Counted from the stretch's first letter, positions 21,245-31,580 are shown. The stretch: 64,000 bases of DNA from Candidatus Latescibacterota bacterium (GCA_965217865.1 CBDCJO010000001.1:592011-656010), one strand, 5' to 3'. A program made the numbers and translations. Notes: generated by a model from the sequence alone, not told the origin.

Positions 21245-22190
21245 ACCTTTCTCGTAGACGCGCCGCCGCCGTGGCCTCGTTCTTCAACTTTTGGTACGCC
21301 TCATCCAGAGGGATCTCCGCCGCGCTTCCGGGGGCGAAACCGCAGTCCGGGTTGAGTGTGATGCGCTCCCGCGGGATGTACTTCATCGCCTCCTCGACCC
21401 GCCCCGCGATCTCCTCCGGCGTATCCACGTGCTCGCTCCGAACATCCACGCAGCCCACGCCGATCTCCTTATCCTCGGGCAGTTCCCTCAAGACTTCAAG
21501 ATCCCCTGTGACCGGGATCGAAAACTCCATCACATACCCGTCCAGTTTTAGCCGTTGGAGAAACGGAATGATCGGTCCGTACCCCCCCTCCCCGATCCGG
21601 TTCAAAAGGTCGACGCATAGCCCGGCTTCCGTTTCCCAATCCTCATACTGGCTCCTCACCCTTTGATCCACGAAAAGACACAGATGGGGATCGTCAAACT
21701 GAACCACGTCCGAACCCGCATCGCGTACGGCGATCAGCTCATCTCGCAGGACCGGAACCAGGGCCTCCATAAAACTTTCCCGGGTCGGATAGACCCTGCG
21801 TGATTGTTCCGGATCCCACATTCGCTGACCAAGAAGGTAGGGTGAGGGCAGGCACACCTTGACCTTCCGGTCGGTATTCTGCTTCAGGAACCGCACCTCT
21901 TCTGCTATGAAACCCTGATGTCGAACGCTCAGCGGCCTCACGACAGTGTGCCAGGACAGACCCTCCTGCAGGCTGCGCTCGAACCCGTCGCATATCTCGG
22001 CGATGACCCCGATGTACGATCGCCGCCGCCATTCGCCATCCGAGATAATATCCAGGCCGGCCGCCTCCTGAAGCCCGATCGCAAACCTGACCGCCGTATC
22101 CATCCGTTTCTGGTAGACCTCTTGAGGAAGGGAATCCTGTTCCTCAAGGAGATCCCGGACAAACTGCGGCCGGGGCAGACTTCCGACCAC
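21237..22190 (-). CDS. Cobalamin-independent methionine synthase II (single-barrel MetE-like), probably with an in-frame deletion
   Basis: VGSLPRP, SDGEWRR, VVQFDDP and NPDCGF present; the zinc-binding HxC motif is absent. Confidence 0.8.
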   Translation of the reverse strand: MVGSLPRPQFVRDLLEEQDSLPQEVYQKRMDTAVRFAIGLQEAAGLDIISDGEWRRRSYIGVIAEICDGFERSLQEGLSWHTVVRPLSVRHQGFIAEEVRFLKQNTDRKVKVCLPSPYLLGQRMWDPEQSRRVYPTRESFMEALVPVLRDELIAVRDAGSDVVQFDDPHLCLFVDQRVRSQYEDWETEAGLCVDLLNRIGEGGYGPIIPFLQRLKLDGYVMEFSIPVTGDLEVLRELPEDKEIGVGCVDVRSEHVDTPEEIAGRVEEAMKYIPRERITLNPDCGFAPGSAAEIPLDEAYQKLKNEATAAARLRERFG

Positions 22191-22271
22191 GGAAGCGGGA
22201 AACAGGTGTACCCGTGATTCGTGATCCGTGATCCGTCCATTTTCGCTTTCAATTTTGGAATTCCATCTTAG

Positions 22272-22580
22272 GACCCCTCCCTCGGCCCCTCCCCTAAAGG
22301 AGAGGGGAGATCATACGTTTGAATTTTTGCGAAAATATAGGCGGCATCCCCCTTCCCTTTAGGGAAGGGGGCGCAGGGGGCTAGGTCTGACACTTGATTG
22401 AATTCTGTATGTTCGTCACGAATACTCTAATCCGGATTGCCCTCGTAGGGGCACGGCATGCCGTGCCCCTACACCAATTTATCGGGCCACCGGATTCTCG
22501 ATTGGGGCGAGGCGATGCCTCGCCCAGTGATTCGTCCATATCCCATTGACGGGCGGACACACAGGTCCGCCCCTACACAC
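22272..22580. repeat. Cluster of intergenic palindromes (doublet like 20363, plus GTAG-type REPs)
   Basis: CCCCTTCCCTTTAGGGAAGGGG; GTAGGGGCACGGCATGCCGTGCCCCTAC; GGGCGGAC..GTCCGCCCCTAC. Confidence 0.75.
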
Positions 22581-22624
22581 GACTTCTGGGCCTCCGACCC
22601 CTGACTTTGCCTTTCCTGCTACTG

Positions 22625-23374
22625 CTACTGCCACGATCTCATAGCTATTTCATAATCCTCCGTCGTATCCACCTCCATATAATCCCCGTGCGTATCCACC
22701 TTGTGCACCGGCACACCCTGTTCGATCATCTCCTGGATCATCTGGATGAAAAAAGCCTTCGCCACGGACTCAGCGCCCTGGAAGGAACGGCCGTCGTTCG
22801 CCCCCAGGACTCGTCCATAATGTTCCGTCAGCATCCTGGCACCCGCTGGGCTGAACATTGCAACGCCGATGAATTCTCCGTGGGCTTCTTCGGATTTGAC
22901 ATCCCTGCTGATGCGGGTCAGTCTATCCCCATCGGCCGTGACCTTCTCCGCATCCCCCTCGGGGTGCTGTGTGCGGATCTCGTAGCGCCTCCGCCAATCC
23001 GTATCCACGGCCAGCGTGACGTCGTGCGGACTGTCGACCAGATCCTGTATGATCCGGGGTCGAAAAAGGATATCTCCATAGGAGCATACGAACCCTTCTG
23101 AAAAATGCGACTCCGCGACAAAAAGAGAGGCAAGAATATTGTTCCGCTCCCATTCGGAATTGTGACAGAAAACCAGGGAGGGATACTCGGAGCGAACCTT
23201 TTCGATCTGATAACCGCCGATGAAAACTACCTCGCGGATACCCGCTGAATCGAATGCCTCCAGGGCCCAGTCCAGAATCCGCTTCCCTCCGATCTCCGCG
23301 AGACACTTCGGGGCATCCGTGGTGAGCGGCATCAGACGCTTCCCCCGTCCCGCACCGATGATGATGGCTTTCAA
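22625..23374 (-). CDS. Phosphocholine cytidylyltransferase-like NTP transferase
   Basis: KAIIIGAGRGKRL..PKCL, YGDI and EVDTTED motifs. Confidence 0.85.
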   Translation of the reverse strand: MKAIIIGAGRGKRLMPLTTDAPKCLAEIGGKRILDWALEAFDSAGIREVVFIGGYQIEKVRSEYPSLVFCHNSEWERNNILASLFVAESHFSEGFVCSYGDILFRPRIIQDLVDSPHDVTLAVDTDWRRRYEIRTQHPEGDAEKVTADGDRLTRISRDVKSEEAHGEFIGVAMFSPAGARMLTEHYGRVLGANDGRSFQGAESVAKAFFIQMIQEMIEQGVPVHKVDTHGDYMEVDTTEDYEIAMRSWQ

Positions 23375-23550
23375 AATCCGGACTCCTGGGCAACTTTTAC
23401 CTGAAATAACCCACATGCTCCACCGGTACCGCCCCATTTCAAACCGTCGCCCAATTTAAGGCCGGCCCATTTCTCTGTCAACGCAAATTCGGTCCGAAGG
23501 ACCTCTTCGGGACCCAATAATGCCCCATCATGAACCCCTTTTCTCCCAAG

Positions 23551-23579
23551 TTGACAATAACCGTACCTGATAGTATATT
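23551..23579 (+). promoter_or_regulatory. Sigma70-type promoter
   Basis: TTGACA-17 bp-TATATT upstream of the gene at 23631. Confidence 0.6.
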
Positions 23580-23630
23580 TTCGATCTCACAAAAAGGATA
23601 AATCATCGGAAACCATCAACTGGAGAGACT

Positions 23631-24659
23631 ATGTCAGGCGCAGACCAATTTACCATCGTCGGCGAAAACATCCACACCACACGGGCTTTGTCTAAAAAAG
23701 GAAAGAGAATCAAAATCCTGAAAGACGGCAGAGAGGGCATCCGCTTCAAGAATGCCGAAGGAAAAACCAGATTTCTCCGGGTTCCCCTGGAATATCGAAA
23801 AAAACAGGATTACGAGGAGGGACGGATCAAGCACGTACAGCTTGCGGTTCAGGCCGGGCTCTGGGGAGAAGGAGATGATCGGGAAAGAGGAATCGAATAC
23901 ATCCACAGTGAAGCCCGGCGTCAGGTGGCGGCCGGGGCGCATTTCCTCGACCTGAACGTGGACGAAGTCTCCTTGAAACCAGAAGAGCAGCAGGAGGCGA
24001 TGCGCTGGCTCGTCCCCATCGTCCGGACCCATTCTCCGATACCTCCATCCATCGATTCTTCGAACCCGGAGACCATCGAAGTGGGCCTGAAGGCATACGA
24101 CGGAGGGTCCGGCCGGCCTCTGCTCAACTCAGCAGCTCTGGAGCGGCCGGAGGTCCTCGATCTCGTCATGGAATTCGACTCCCGGGTGATCATCACCGCG
24201 TCCGGAGAAAGCGGGATGCCCGATGACGAAGAAGAACGGATGTCGAATATCGGGGAGATGATGGGAATCGCCGAAACCAAAGGGATACCCAAGCGTGATA
24301 TCTACATCGACGCCCTGGTCTTCCCGATCGCAGTCGATGCGCGTTTCGGAAATCACTACCTGGAGGCCGTGCGTCAATCCCGAAAATTTTTTGGGGACGA
24401 AGTCCACATCCTGGGAGGCCTGAGCAACGTGTCGTTCGGCATCCCGCAGCGCAAGCTCGTAAACGAAGTCTTTATCTCCCTTGCCGTGGAGGCCGGTGCG
24501 GACGGGGCTATCATGGATCCCCTTCAGAACCGCCTGGAGGAAGTGTTCAACCTCGATAAAAGCACGGAAGCCTACCGTTTTGCCCACGAGATGTTGACAG
24601 GCAAGGACGATTTTTGTGAAAAGTACATCGAAGCCTGGCGGGCGGGGAAATTGGGATAA
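23631..24659 (+). CDS. Pterin-binding methyltransferase (stand-alone MetH folate domain / AcsE-like)
   Basis: IVGENIH, FLDLNV, SIDSS, LLNS, IYIDALVFP and GLSNVSFG motifs. Confidence 0.85.
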   Translation: MSGADQFTIVGENIHTTRALSKKGKRIKILKDGREGIRFKNAEGKTRFLRVPLEYRKKQDYEEGRIKHVQLAVQAGLWGEGDDRERGIEYIHSEARRQVAAGAHFLDLNVDEVSLKPEEQQEAMRWLVPIVRTHSPIPPSIDSSNPETIEVGLKAYDGGSGRPLLNSAALERPEVLDLVMEFDSRVIITASGESGMPDDEEERMSNIGEMMGIAETKGIPKRDIYIDALVFPIAVDARFGNHYLEAVRQSRKFFGDEVHILGGLSNVSFGIPQRKLVNEVFISLAVEAGADGAIMDPLQNRLEEVFNLDKSTEAYRFAHEMLTGKDDFCEKYIEAWRAGKLG

Positions 24660-24711
24660 AGCCGTCGTAGGTTGTTCGTGAATCGTCGCTCGTATTCGCG
24701 GAGGGTTCCCA

Positions 24712-25059
24712 ATGGCCAAAGTAAGAATCATGTACTGGAAAGAGATCCCCGCCCAGGTCAAGGCCGAAGACGATGACCGGGAGATATCGATGCCCCTGCC
24801 CGATCGATTTCAGGAAGGCATCGACGAAATATCGATGTTCGACGGGAGCTATGAAGCCGACGTATACTTGGAATCCTGGGAATGGGGGCCAGAGATCGAA
24901 GTGGAGGGATCCGCGGAGGAGGCCGGACAGGCGACCGTTAAGAGAATCGAGAGTGGATTTCCCGAGGATTTTGTCAAGCGAATCCGGGCCTTGCATGGGG
25001 CCGAAAAGCGCGATCCGAAGCCCGGGGCCGTGGACCACTGGATGGACGAAAAACAGTGA
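24712..25059 (+). CDS. Virulence_fact (CvfA/B/C-like) small protein
   Basis: MYWKEIPAQV..LPDRFQEGID..YLESW pattern. Confidence 0.75.
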   Translation: MAKVRIMYWKEIPAQVKAEDDDREISMPLPDRFQEGIDEISMFDGSYEADVYLESWEWGPEIEVEGSAEEAGQATVKRIESGFPEDFVKRIRALHGAEKRDPKPGAVDHWMDEKQ

Positions 25060-25117
25060 CTGTTGGATTGCGGTTTTATTGCTTTTTCCATTTCCAAGGC
25101 CCCGCGGCGTTTGAGCG

Positions 25118-25290
25118 TCCTTCGACTACGCTCAGGAGGTGCTCCTTCGACTGCGTCCCCCAAAAACCGGGGGACTCCGCTCAGGATGTAGTCGAAATGA
25201 TCGATCAAGGAAATACCTTTGTGACGAATACCGCGAGCACCTGGATAATATCCTGAGCGGAGCGGCGGTTTTTGCCGCGTAGTCGAAGGA
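25118..25290. repeat. Intergenic palindromic repeat family (CCTTCGACTACGCTCAGGA type)
   Basis: TCCTTCGACTACGCTCAGGA with inverted partner TCCTGAGCGG...GTAGTCGAAGGA. Confidence 0.65.
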
Positions 25291-25307
25291 TGACTCTCGA
25301 CTCATAT

Positions 25308-25807
25308 CCGGAATTGACTTGTTTCCGGGAGGGCCCGCGGCCTCGCGGGCCGTATTCGGTTAACCGACGTCGGTAATGCCTCTCCCCTAATCAAATCTAT
25401 TCACCATTAAAATTCATCCAATTCGCCTTGAAAATCGCCAAACCCTTGACCACTTGGGATTCTGAAAATCCCTGACCTTATCGATTGGGATGTTAGCGGA
25501 CGCCGAGGCCGGCGTCCCCTCCATCTAATCCCGTCGCCTTTTCATATCACCAAATTCACCGGAATCGACCTGTTTCCGGGAGGGCCCGCGGCCTCGCGGG
25601 CCGTATTCGGTTAACCGACGCCGATAATGCCTCTCCCCTAATCAAATGGGTTCACCATTAAAATTCATCCAATTCGCCTTGAAAACCACCAAACCCTTGA
25701 CCCCATGGGATTCTGAAAATCCCTGACCTTATCGATTGGGATGTTAGCGGACGCCGAGGCCGGCGTCCCTCCCATCTAAACCCGTCGCCTTTTCATATCA
25801 CCAAATT
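25308..25807. repeat. Tandem duplication (2 x about 251 bp) of a REP-doublet element
   Basis: GGGAGGGCCCGCGGCCTCGCGGGCCG ... CGGACGCCGAGGCCGGCGTCCC occurs twice with a near-identical AT-rich spacer. Confidence 0.9.
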
Positions 25808-25836
25808 ATCCCTGCCACTTGAAATATGAGGAAATA

Positions 25837-26829
25837 ATGCGCAACAAAATACTCCTTTCCCCCGTATTCAAAAACCCCCGATTCGACTCAGAGCATCGTC
25901 AAAAGGGCCTTGACGAACTCCAAGCACTCGCCGACCTGGAGCCATACGACACCGAATTGACTGGGGAGATGGCCAAGGGGGTCGTGGGGGTAATCGCCAA
26001 CTCCGCTCTCATCCACCCCGAATTTTACGAAGAAGGGAAGGACCTCAGGATCATTGCCCGCTGGGGGGTCGGTTACGAAAAGGTCAACCTGGTCGTGGCC
26101 ACGCAGCACGGAGTCATCGTTACCGTTTCTCCGGAACACATGGATACGGTCGCCGAATATGCCATCACCCAGTGGATGGCCACGATGAAGCGGGTATATA
26201 CCCTGAACCGGATGTCACACAGCGGCGACTACTCCCTCATCCGGACCTATGAAGCACGGGGCTCATCCCTTGGACTTTACGGGTTCGGCCGGATCGGACA
26301 GGCCGTAGCTTCCCGGGCAAGGCCCCTCCTCGGGGATGAGGGCCGACTCCTCGTCTACGACATCCGTCCCGATATCAAGGAACTCGCAGCAAAATTCAAT
26401 GCCGAAGCCGTGGACGATCCAACGACCCTCTTCAGAGAATGCGACACCGTCTCCCTTCACGTCGCCGGTGACGACACCATCGTCAACTACGAACAACTCT
26501 GCGCCATGAAACCCCATGCCTCCCTGATCAATCCGTCGAGGGGGAACCTCGTTGATGACCAGGCCGTGAATCGGGCCGTCCGGGAGGACCGGATCTGCTA
26601 TTACGTCGTGGACGATCCAGTGAACGGGCCGAGAGAGATACACCGGGACCATCCCCGCATCATCTGCACGAACCACAACGCCGGAATTACCGACCAGTCC
26701 ACGATCCGCCTGGACCGCCGGACCTTCGCCCAGGTCACGGACGCCATAAACGGTCGGGAACCCGCTCACATCCTGAATCGAGAAGTCCTGGAACACCCAA
26801 AGGTAAAGGCCAATCTTAAAAAACATTGA
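25837..26829 (+). CDS. D-isomer-specific 2-hydroxyacid dehydrogenase
   Basis: ARWGVGY, GLYGFGRIG, LINPSRG and TNHNAG motifs. Confidence 0.85.
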   Translation: MRNKILLSPVFKNPRFDSEHRQKGLDELQALADLEPYDTELTGEMAKGVVGVIANSALIHPEFYEEGKDLRIIARWGVGYEKVNLVVATQHGVIVTVSPEHMDTVAEYAITQWMATMKRVYTLNRMSHSGDYSLIRTYEARGSSLGLYGFGRIGQAVASRARPLLGDEGRLLVYDIRPDIKELAAKFNAEAVDDPTTLFRECDTVSLHVAGDDTIVNYEQLCAMKPHASLINPSRGNLVDDQAVNRAVREDRICYYVVDDPVNGPREIHRDHPRIICTNHNAGITDQSTIRLDRRTFAQVTDAINGREPAHILNREVLEHPKVKANLKKH

Positions 26830-27083
26830 ATATTGAAGATCGGAGAATTGAATATTTCAATCCCTGACCTCCTCCACTTACACCAATCTTTAATGCCCCT
26901 TTCAATCTTTAATTTTAAAGCTGGCATATGAAATTAGCCGGCCTTTTGGCTCCCTCACCCCGCCTCGCAAGGCTCGGCACCCCTCTCCCGTGTGCCGGGA
27001 GAGGGGAAGTGCGGTTGACTGTCTGCCTTTAGATTTGCAATTTCCTCCTTTGAGCTCCGACCCTATGACCTCTGGCCTCTGAT

Positions 27084-27878
27084 ATGACGCTTTTCCTTAT
27101 CTTCCTCCTCTGCCTGGCCTCCTCCCCTGCCTACGGCAAAGAGATCACCATTAGCCTCCCTGGCGGCGCGACAATGGAGATGGTCTGGATCGAACCCGGA
27201 ACGTTCCGGATGGGGTCGCCGCCGTCCGAGCCGGAACGTCGCGAAAATGAAGGCCCGATGCACGAGAGGGTCATTTCGAAAGGATTTTTCCTGGGGAAGT
27301 ATGAGGTGACACAGGCCCAGTGGATAAGCGTGATGGAGTGGCGTCCGTGGTTGGGAAAGGATAAAAAATACGTAGAGGAAAGTCCGCAAATTCCTGCGGT
27401 CTGCATATCCTGGACCGACGCGCAACAGTTCATCGACAGGTTGAATGCCGCTGAGGGAAGGGATGTCTATCGGTTACCGATTGAGGCAGAGTGGGAGTAC
27501 GCTTCCCGGGCAGGGACCACTACCCGATGGTCATTCGGGGAAAACGAAGGATTGCTCAAACAGCACACCTGGTATTTCACACCCCCCGACCGTCCGGGCA
27601 AGGACCGTTCGCAGAAAGTCGGGATGAAGCGGCCGAACCCGTGGAAGTTGTATGACACACACGGAAACGTGTGGGAGTGGGTTCAGGACAAATATCATCC
27701 CTATTTCGCTCATAACCCGCCTGATTCCGCGGCCCCGGACTCGAACACCTACCGCGTTTTGCGAGGGGGCGCCTTCAGCACCCTCCCCCTTTCCACTCGA
27801 TCCGCAAGCCGCTGCGGTTACGATCCGTCCGGCCGCATAAGCAGCGTAGGTTTTCGGATATTAAAGGAAGCCGAATAA
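27084..27878 (+). CDS. Formylglycine-generating enzyme (FGE-sulfatase) family protein, secreted
   Basis: Signal peptide; FRMGS, YEVTQAQW, RLP.EAEWEYA, GNVWEW, RGG and GFR motifs. Confidence 0.9.
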   Translation: MTLFLIFLLCLASSPAYGKEITISLPGGATMEMVWIEPGTFRMGSPPSEPERRENEGPMHERVISKGFFLGKYEVTQAQWISVMEWRPWLGKDKKYVEESPQIPAVCISWTDAQQFIDRLNAAEGRDVYRLPIEAEWEYASRAGTTTRWSFGENEGLLKQHTWYFTPPDRPGKDRSQKVGMKRPNPWKLYDTHGNVWEWVQDKYHPYFAHNPPDSAAPDSNTYRVLRGGAFSTLPLSTRSASRCGYDPSGRISSVGFRILKEAE

Positions 27879-27915
27879 GCCCATACCCTCTCCAACCTCA
27901 CCCGGACTTCTCCCC

Positions 27916-27944
27916 TTGACTCTGATGAGCCAATGATTTATAAT
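27916..27944 (+). promoter_or_regulatory. Sigma70 promoter of tRNA-Asn
   Basis: TTGACT-17 bp-TATAAT. Confidence 0.75.
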
Positions 27945-27967
27945 TTAACCCCTGAGATACTCGAGAT

Positions 27968-28043
27968 TCCGGCGTAGCTCAGTTGGCAGAGCAGGTGGCT
28001 GTTAACCACCGGGTCGCAGGTTCGAGTCCTGCCGCCGGAGCCA
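27968..28043 (+). tRNA. tRNA-Asn(GTT)
   Basis: 76 nt; acceptor stem TCCGGCG/CGCCGGA, anticodon arm GGTGG-CTGTTAA-CCACC, T loop GGTTCGAGTCC, encoded CCA. Confidence 0.97.
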
Positions 28044-28320
28044 GATTCCAATCCGCCAACTTCGGCGGTCGTCCGTTAACGCAAGACCCCGTGGGGCAAC
28101 CCCTTCGGGGTCTTGTCGTTTCTGTCGTATTCACAAACACTTGGGCCATCTCCGCCCCCTCTCTGCCGGTTCTCTGTCTCGAAGCGCTCCCCCCGGTGTT
28201 CGAGCGCAACCGTGGGGTTGCGTCCGTTGGGCAGAGATATCTCCTCCGGATTCTCTGATTCTCTGTTTTTCCCGTCGGCCTTATTTAACAGCCTGGTTCG
28301 ACGTTTCGGAAGGTCCTCCG
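28037..28320 (+). mobile_element. Left end of a tRNA-integrated genomic island
   Basis: Follows the tRNA 3' end and is homologous to 8520-8827, which leads into a DUF2924 gene. Confidence 0.7.
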
Positions 28321-28339
28321 GTACGTATTCACTGGAAGC

Positions 28340-29557
28340 CATCGTGGCATTAACCGATCCGCATCCTTTGGTTTGACGTGTCCTGTGTCTGACCGTAGCG
28401 AAGGTTGATTCAATCTGATTTGTGCTGCGCAGGTGGAGCCAGTGTATCGCCGGGAAATCGTAATAGGTGAAAAGCACATCCCTGTCCTTGGTCAGGCACT
28501 CGCAGGCCTTCGGATATCTGGCCTGGTAGAGTTCGCAGAATCGATCATAGGTCGTCAGGGCGTGTTTTCGGCTCGGTGATCGATACATTTCGTGGATCAG
28601 CCGCTTAGCTGTCGGGCTGAACAGATTTCGGGAGTTTGTCCAGCACGTTGGCAGTCTTATGGACCCAACATCGCTGGTGCTTTGTCCGGGGGTACTCCTC
28701 TTCCAATGCCGCCCAGAAGCCCAGAGAACCGTCTCCTACGGCCAGGGATGGGTCGATCGTCAAACCTCGTGCTTTGAGGTCCCGCAACAGGGTTTGCCAG
28801 GAGAGCTTGCTCTCGCGCTGACCGTCCTCGATAGCGATGACTTCCTTGCGAGCCTTCAGCTGTTGCACCGACCAGCACGAGCACACAGGGACGATCCTTA
28901 TCCAGGCGCACGTTGAAATAGATCCCGTCCGCCCACACATACACGTAGTGTTTTCCGGTCAGGTCGCGCTGCTTCCAGCTCTTATACTCATCTTCCCAGA
29001 TTTGCTTCAGCCTGGTGACATTAGTCGGTGATAAACCCGGTGCACCTTTACCGGGAATCGCCTCCAGGGCCTCAGAGAAGGAGGATGTCGAGACGCCTTT
29101 CAGATACAGCGTGGGGATCAGCGTGTCGATACTGGGAGAACGGCGGGCATATTTGGGCAGAATCGCACTTGTGAACCGTTGTCCTTCCCTGCGGTCGTTC
29201 ACACGAGGTTGCTTTATCGGAATCTTGCCGATGCCGGTGGTCACTTCCCGCTGCTTGTGAGATCCATTTACGAACGACTTGGCGGTGGCCCTGTTCATCT
29301 GAAATGCTTTTGTAACAATTAACGTATTCAGACACCTCATGCTCTAATGCAGCCTGCAGCATTCTCCGGGCACCTCTCCGAAACAGGTTTTCCAGAGAGT
29401 CGATCGCTGCATCTTCGACTATGCATCCGACTTCTAATGAGGTATATTCTTCCATAGAGCGTGTCCTTTCTCCCTCGAATGAGGGCGTTTTGATATTTTG
29501 GGATATCAAAGGATACGCTCTTTAGTTTTTCTTATCCACAACTTTCAAATATATCTC
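28340..29557 (-). mobile_element. IS256-family element, frameshifted and 3'-truncated
   Basis: LYLKGVST, YVWADGIY, GDGSLGFW, QRCWVHK and LRSTNQIESTF over several frames; end-like sequence GAGATATATTTGAAAGTTGTGGATAAG. Confidence 0.88.
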
Positions 29558-29699
29558 CGAACTCGAAGCCGGGAGACGGGAGACTCGAACCTGGGTAGGA
29601 ACGTAGCCAGTGCGATGGAGGCACTCTGCATCAAAGTTCCGGTCTCCTGACTTCATCGGCGCCACTACGATCCGTGTCATACCCAACTCCTCCCGGCCC

Positions 29700-30160
29700 G
29701 CCTCGTCTTACCAAATCAAGCGCCCTGCCAACTCCACGCATCCGCCGGCCAGAAGCAATCCGGGCGAGGGCGGCAGGTGAGCAGGCTATCCGGTCCATTG
29801 GGCGAGAATCGCGTCCCGGCCTTACACGGCGCCAGGAAGCGCCCCACAGATGGCCGCGTTGGTGTCGGTGTCTCCGCCGCGCATGACCGTGTCCACCACG
29901 GCTTCCTCCAGGTTTCGCGCATAGGAAGGGCTGCCAAAGGGCGTTGCGGAACGCCGTCAGAACCTGGCCCTGTTGGTGGACGTAGTCGGCTGTAGGCGCG
30001 ATGGCGGCGCCTTGGGGCACCGGGCAAGCTATCACCGTATTCCATATCTTCGGCCCAGCCTGCGATCTGCCGATAGAGGTCCGGCATCGCACTCTGCACG
30101 AACGGCTTGGGCAATCATCTCGACTCTGTTTCAAGGCGTCTCCACGTGCCTGCCAGGGCA
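29700..30160 (-). pseudogene. ADP-ribosylglycohydrolase fragment
   Basis: Frameshifted reading includes ADYVHQQG.VL.AFRNAL and EEAVVDTVMRGGDTDTNAAICGALLGA. Confidence 0.7.
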
Positions 30161-30728
30161 CGGGAAGAGCACGCCTGATCCCTTTGAAAACAAATACTCA
30201 TGTGCGAATGCGCGTCATACTTTCAAGGGGGGGACAAAAGTGAATTGCACTCCCATACCGGAAACCGCGAGGTTCTTGTTGCAAGCAAAAATTCAGGAAA
30301 AAAACCATTGATCTCTTTAGATGAAATCTTGACGAATATCTTGCAAAATTGTATTATATACAACGTTTTGAAGGAGGATGGGTGGGATGAACACTGAATT
30401 ATTGTGGAAATCGAAAAGGAGGCCGGAAAAAACTTCGAAAAAGGGCTATTTTTGATGTCCGGAAGGACAAAATGGGGTGAAGGATTTTCCGGCTTCCGTG
30501 TGATTTTCCGGACAGAACCATCGGATCAGCCATGTTTTACGCTTCTGCGTATCCGGAACAAAATGGATGAAGTGGTGAACTTGAGGGTTCTCCGGCTGCC
30601 GTGTGATTTCCTGGAGTTCGAGCTCGGACATTCCAGAACTCCATTGCACGATGAAGGGGAAAAAACCGAATGTCAAAAAAACTCAATATGCTGATAAATA
30701 TGGGATATGTACAAGGGAATAACACATC

Positions 30729-31580
30729 TTGAAAACGTCCAAACGCCACGAATCGATGATCGGTTTTTGTGCATTATGGCTCCGGACGGCACTCGTCTCG
30801 GCTGTTATGGCGGCTGTCATTCCGGTCATGGCATTCGCGCAGGCGGGCCTGCCCACTATGTCGCCTGAAGATTTCTATTTGGTGACGGGAGTTGTTTTCG
30901 ACTGGTCGGGAAAAACGCGATTCAAGGATAAGGATTGTTCGAGCGCCTCTCCGAATGCGCTTTATGGCTGCGGGACCGGCGTGGACGGCGCACCTTTGAG
31001 CTCGCTCGGCGATTTCGGACCAATGGCCGGTTTCAATCTCGGGGTTGGCTATGTCGTGGTGCCTGCCCTGCGGCTGGAGGCTGTGATTCAGTATCGTCCG
31101 GGCTTTTCATTCGAGGGTCGCGCCAATTTTGTGCAACCCAAGGCCACGGACAGGCAGGCGGTTTCGGCGAATTTGTCCTCCCTGTCCGGCATGCTTGCCG
31201 CTTACCTGGACCTTGCCGAATCTGGCCTGCCCCGGCTCGGTCCCTTCAGCCCCTTTACCGGGGGTGGCGTCGGCCTGTCCCGCATCGGTATTGATGAAAC
31301 GCGGATGGCGTTCCTGAAGACGACGACCGTCGTTCCGCGCGGGACGACGGTTAATTTCGCCTGGATGCTGACCGCGGGAGTGTCGACATCGCTACGGAAG
31401 AGGATGATCCTTGGTCTTGCCTGGCGTTACACGGATTCCGGCATCGTCGAAACCGGCAAGACCAAGGGTCGGATTGTCTGGCGCGACGGAAGTCGCGACC
31501 CGCTGGAGATCGATCTTGCCGAAACCAGAGCGAATCTGTCGAGCCAGGGACTTCGGATATCCTTGCGCTACGTGTTCTGA
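30729..31580 (+). CDS. Outer-membrane beta-barrel protein (opacity-like)
   Basis: Signal peptide, FSPFTGGGVG, NFAWMLTAG and C-terminal LRYVF. Confidence 0.75.
   Translation: MKTSKRHESMIGFCALWLRTALVSAVMAAVIPVMAFAQAGLPTMSPEDFYLVTGVVFDWSGKTRFKDKDCSSASPNALYGCGTGVDGAPLSSLGDFGPMAGFNLGVGYVVVPALRLEAVIQYRPGFSFEGRANFVQPKATDRQAVSANLSSLSGMLAAYLDLAESGLPRLGPFSPFTGGGVGLSRIGIDETRMAFLKTTTVVPRGTTVNFAWMLTAGVSTSLRKRMILGLAWRYTDSGIVETGKTKGRIVWRDGSRDPLEIDLAETRANLSSQGLRISLRYVF

Noticed and set aside
20318-21355. 345-aa plus-strand ORF and similar long antisense ORFs across the window
   Set aside because: Antisense to well-supported genes in GC-rich DNA, with no recognisable motifs.
25308-25807. CRISPR array or tandem riboswitch upstream of the dehydrogenase
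   Set aside because: Two near-identical 251-bp units bounded by REP-like inverted hairpins; no riboswitch consensus recognised.
29565-29600. tRNA-like fragment or att site (GGGAGACTCGAACC)
   Set aside because: Too short, and does not match the tRNA-Asn 3' end.
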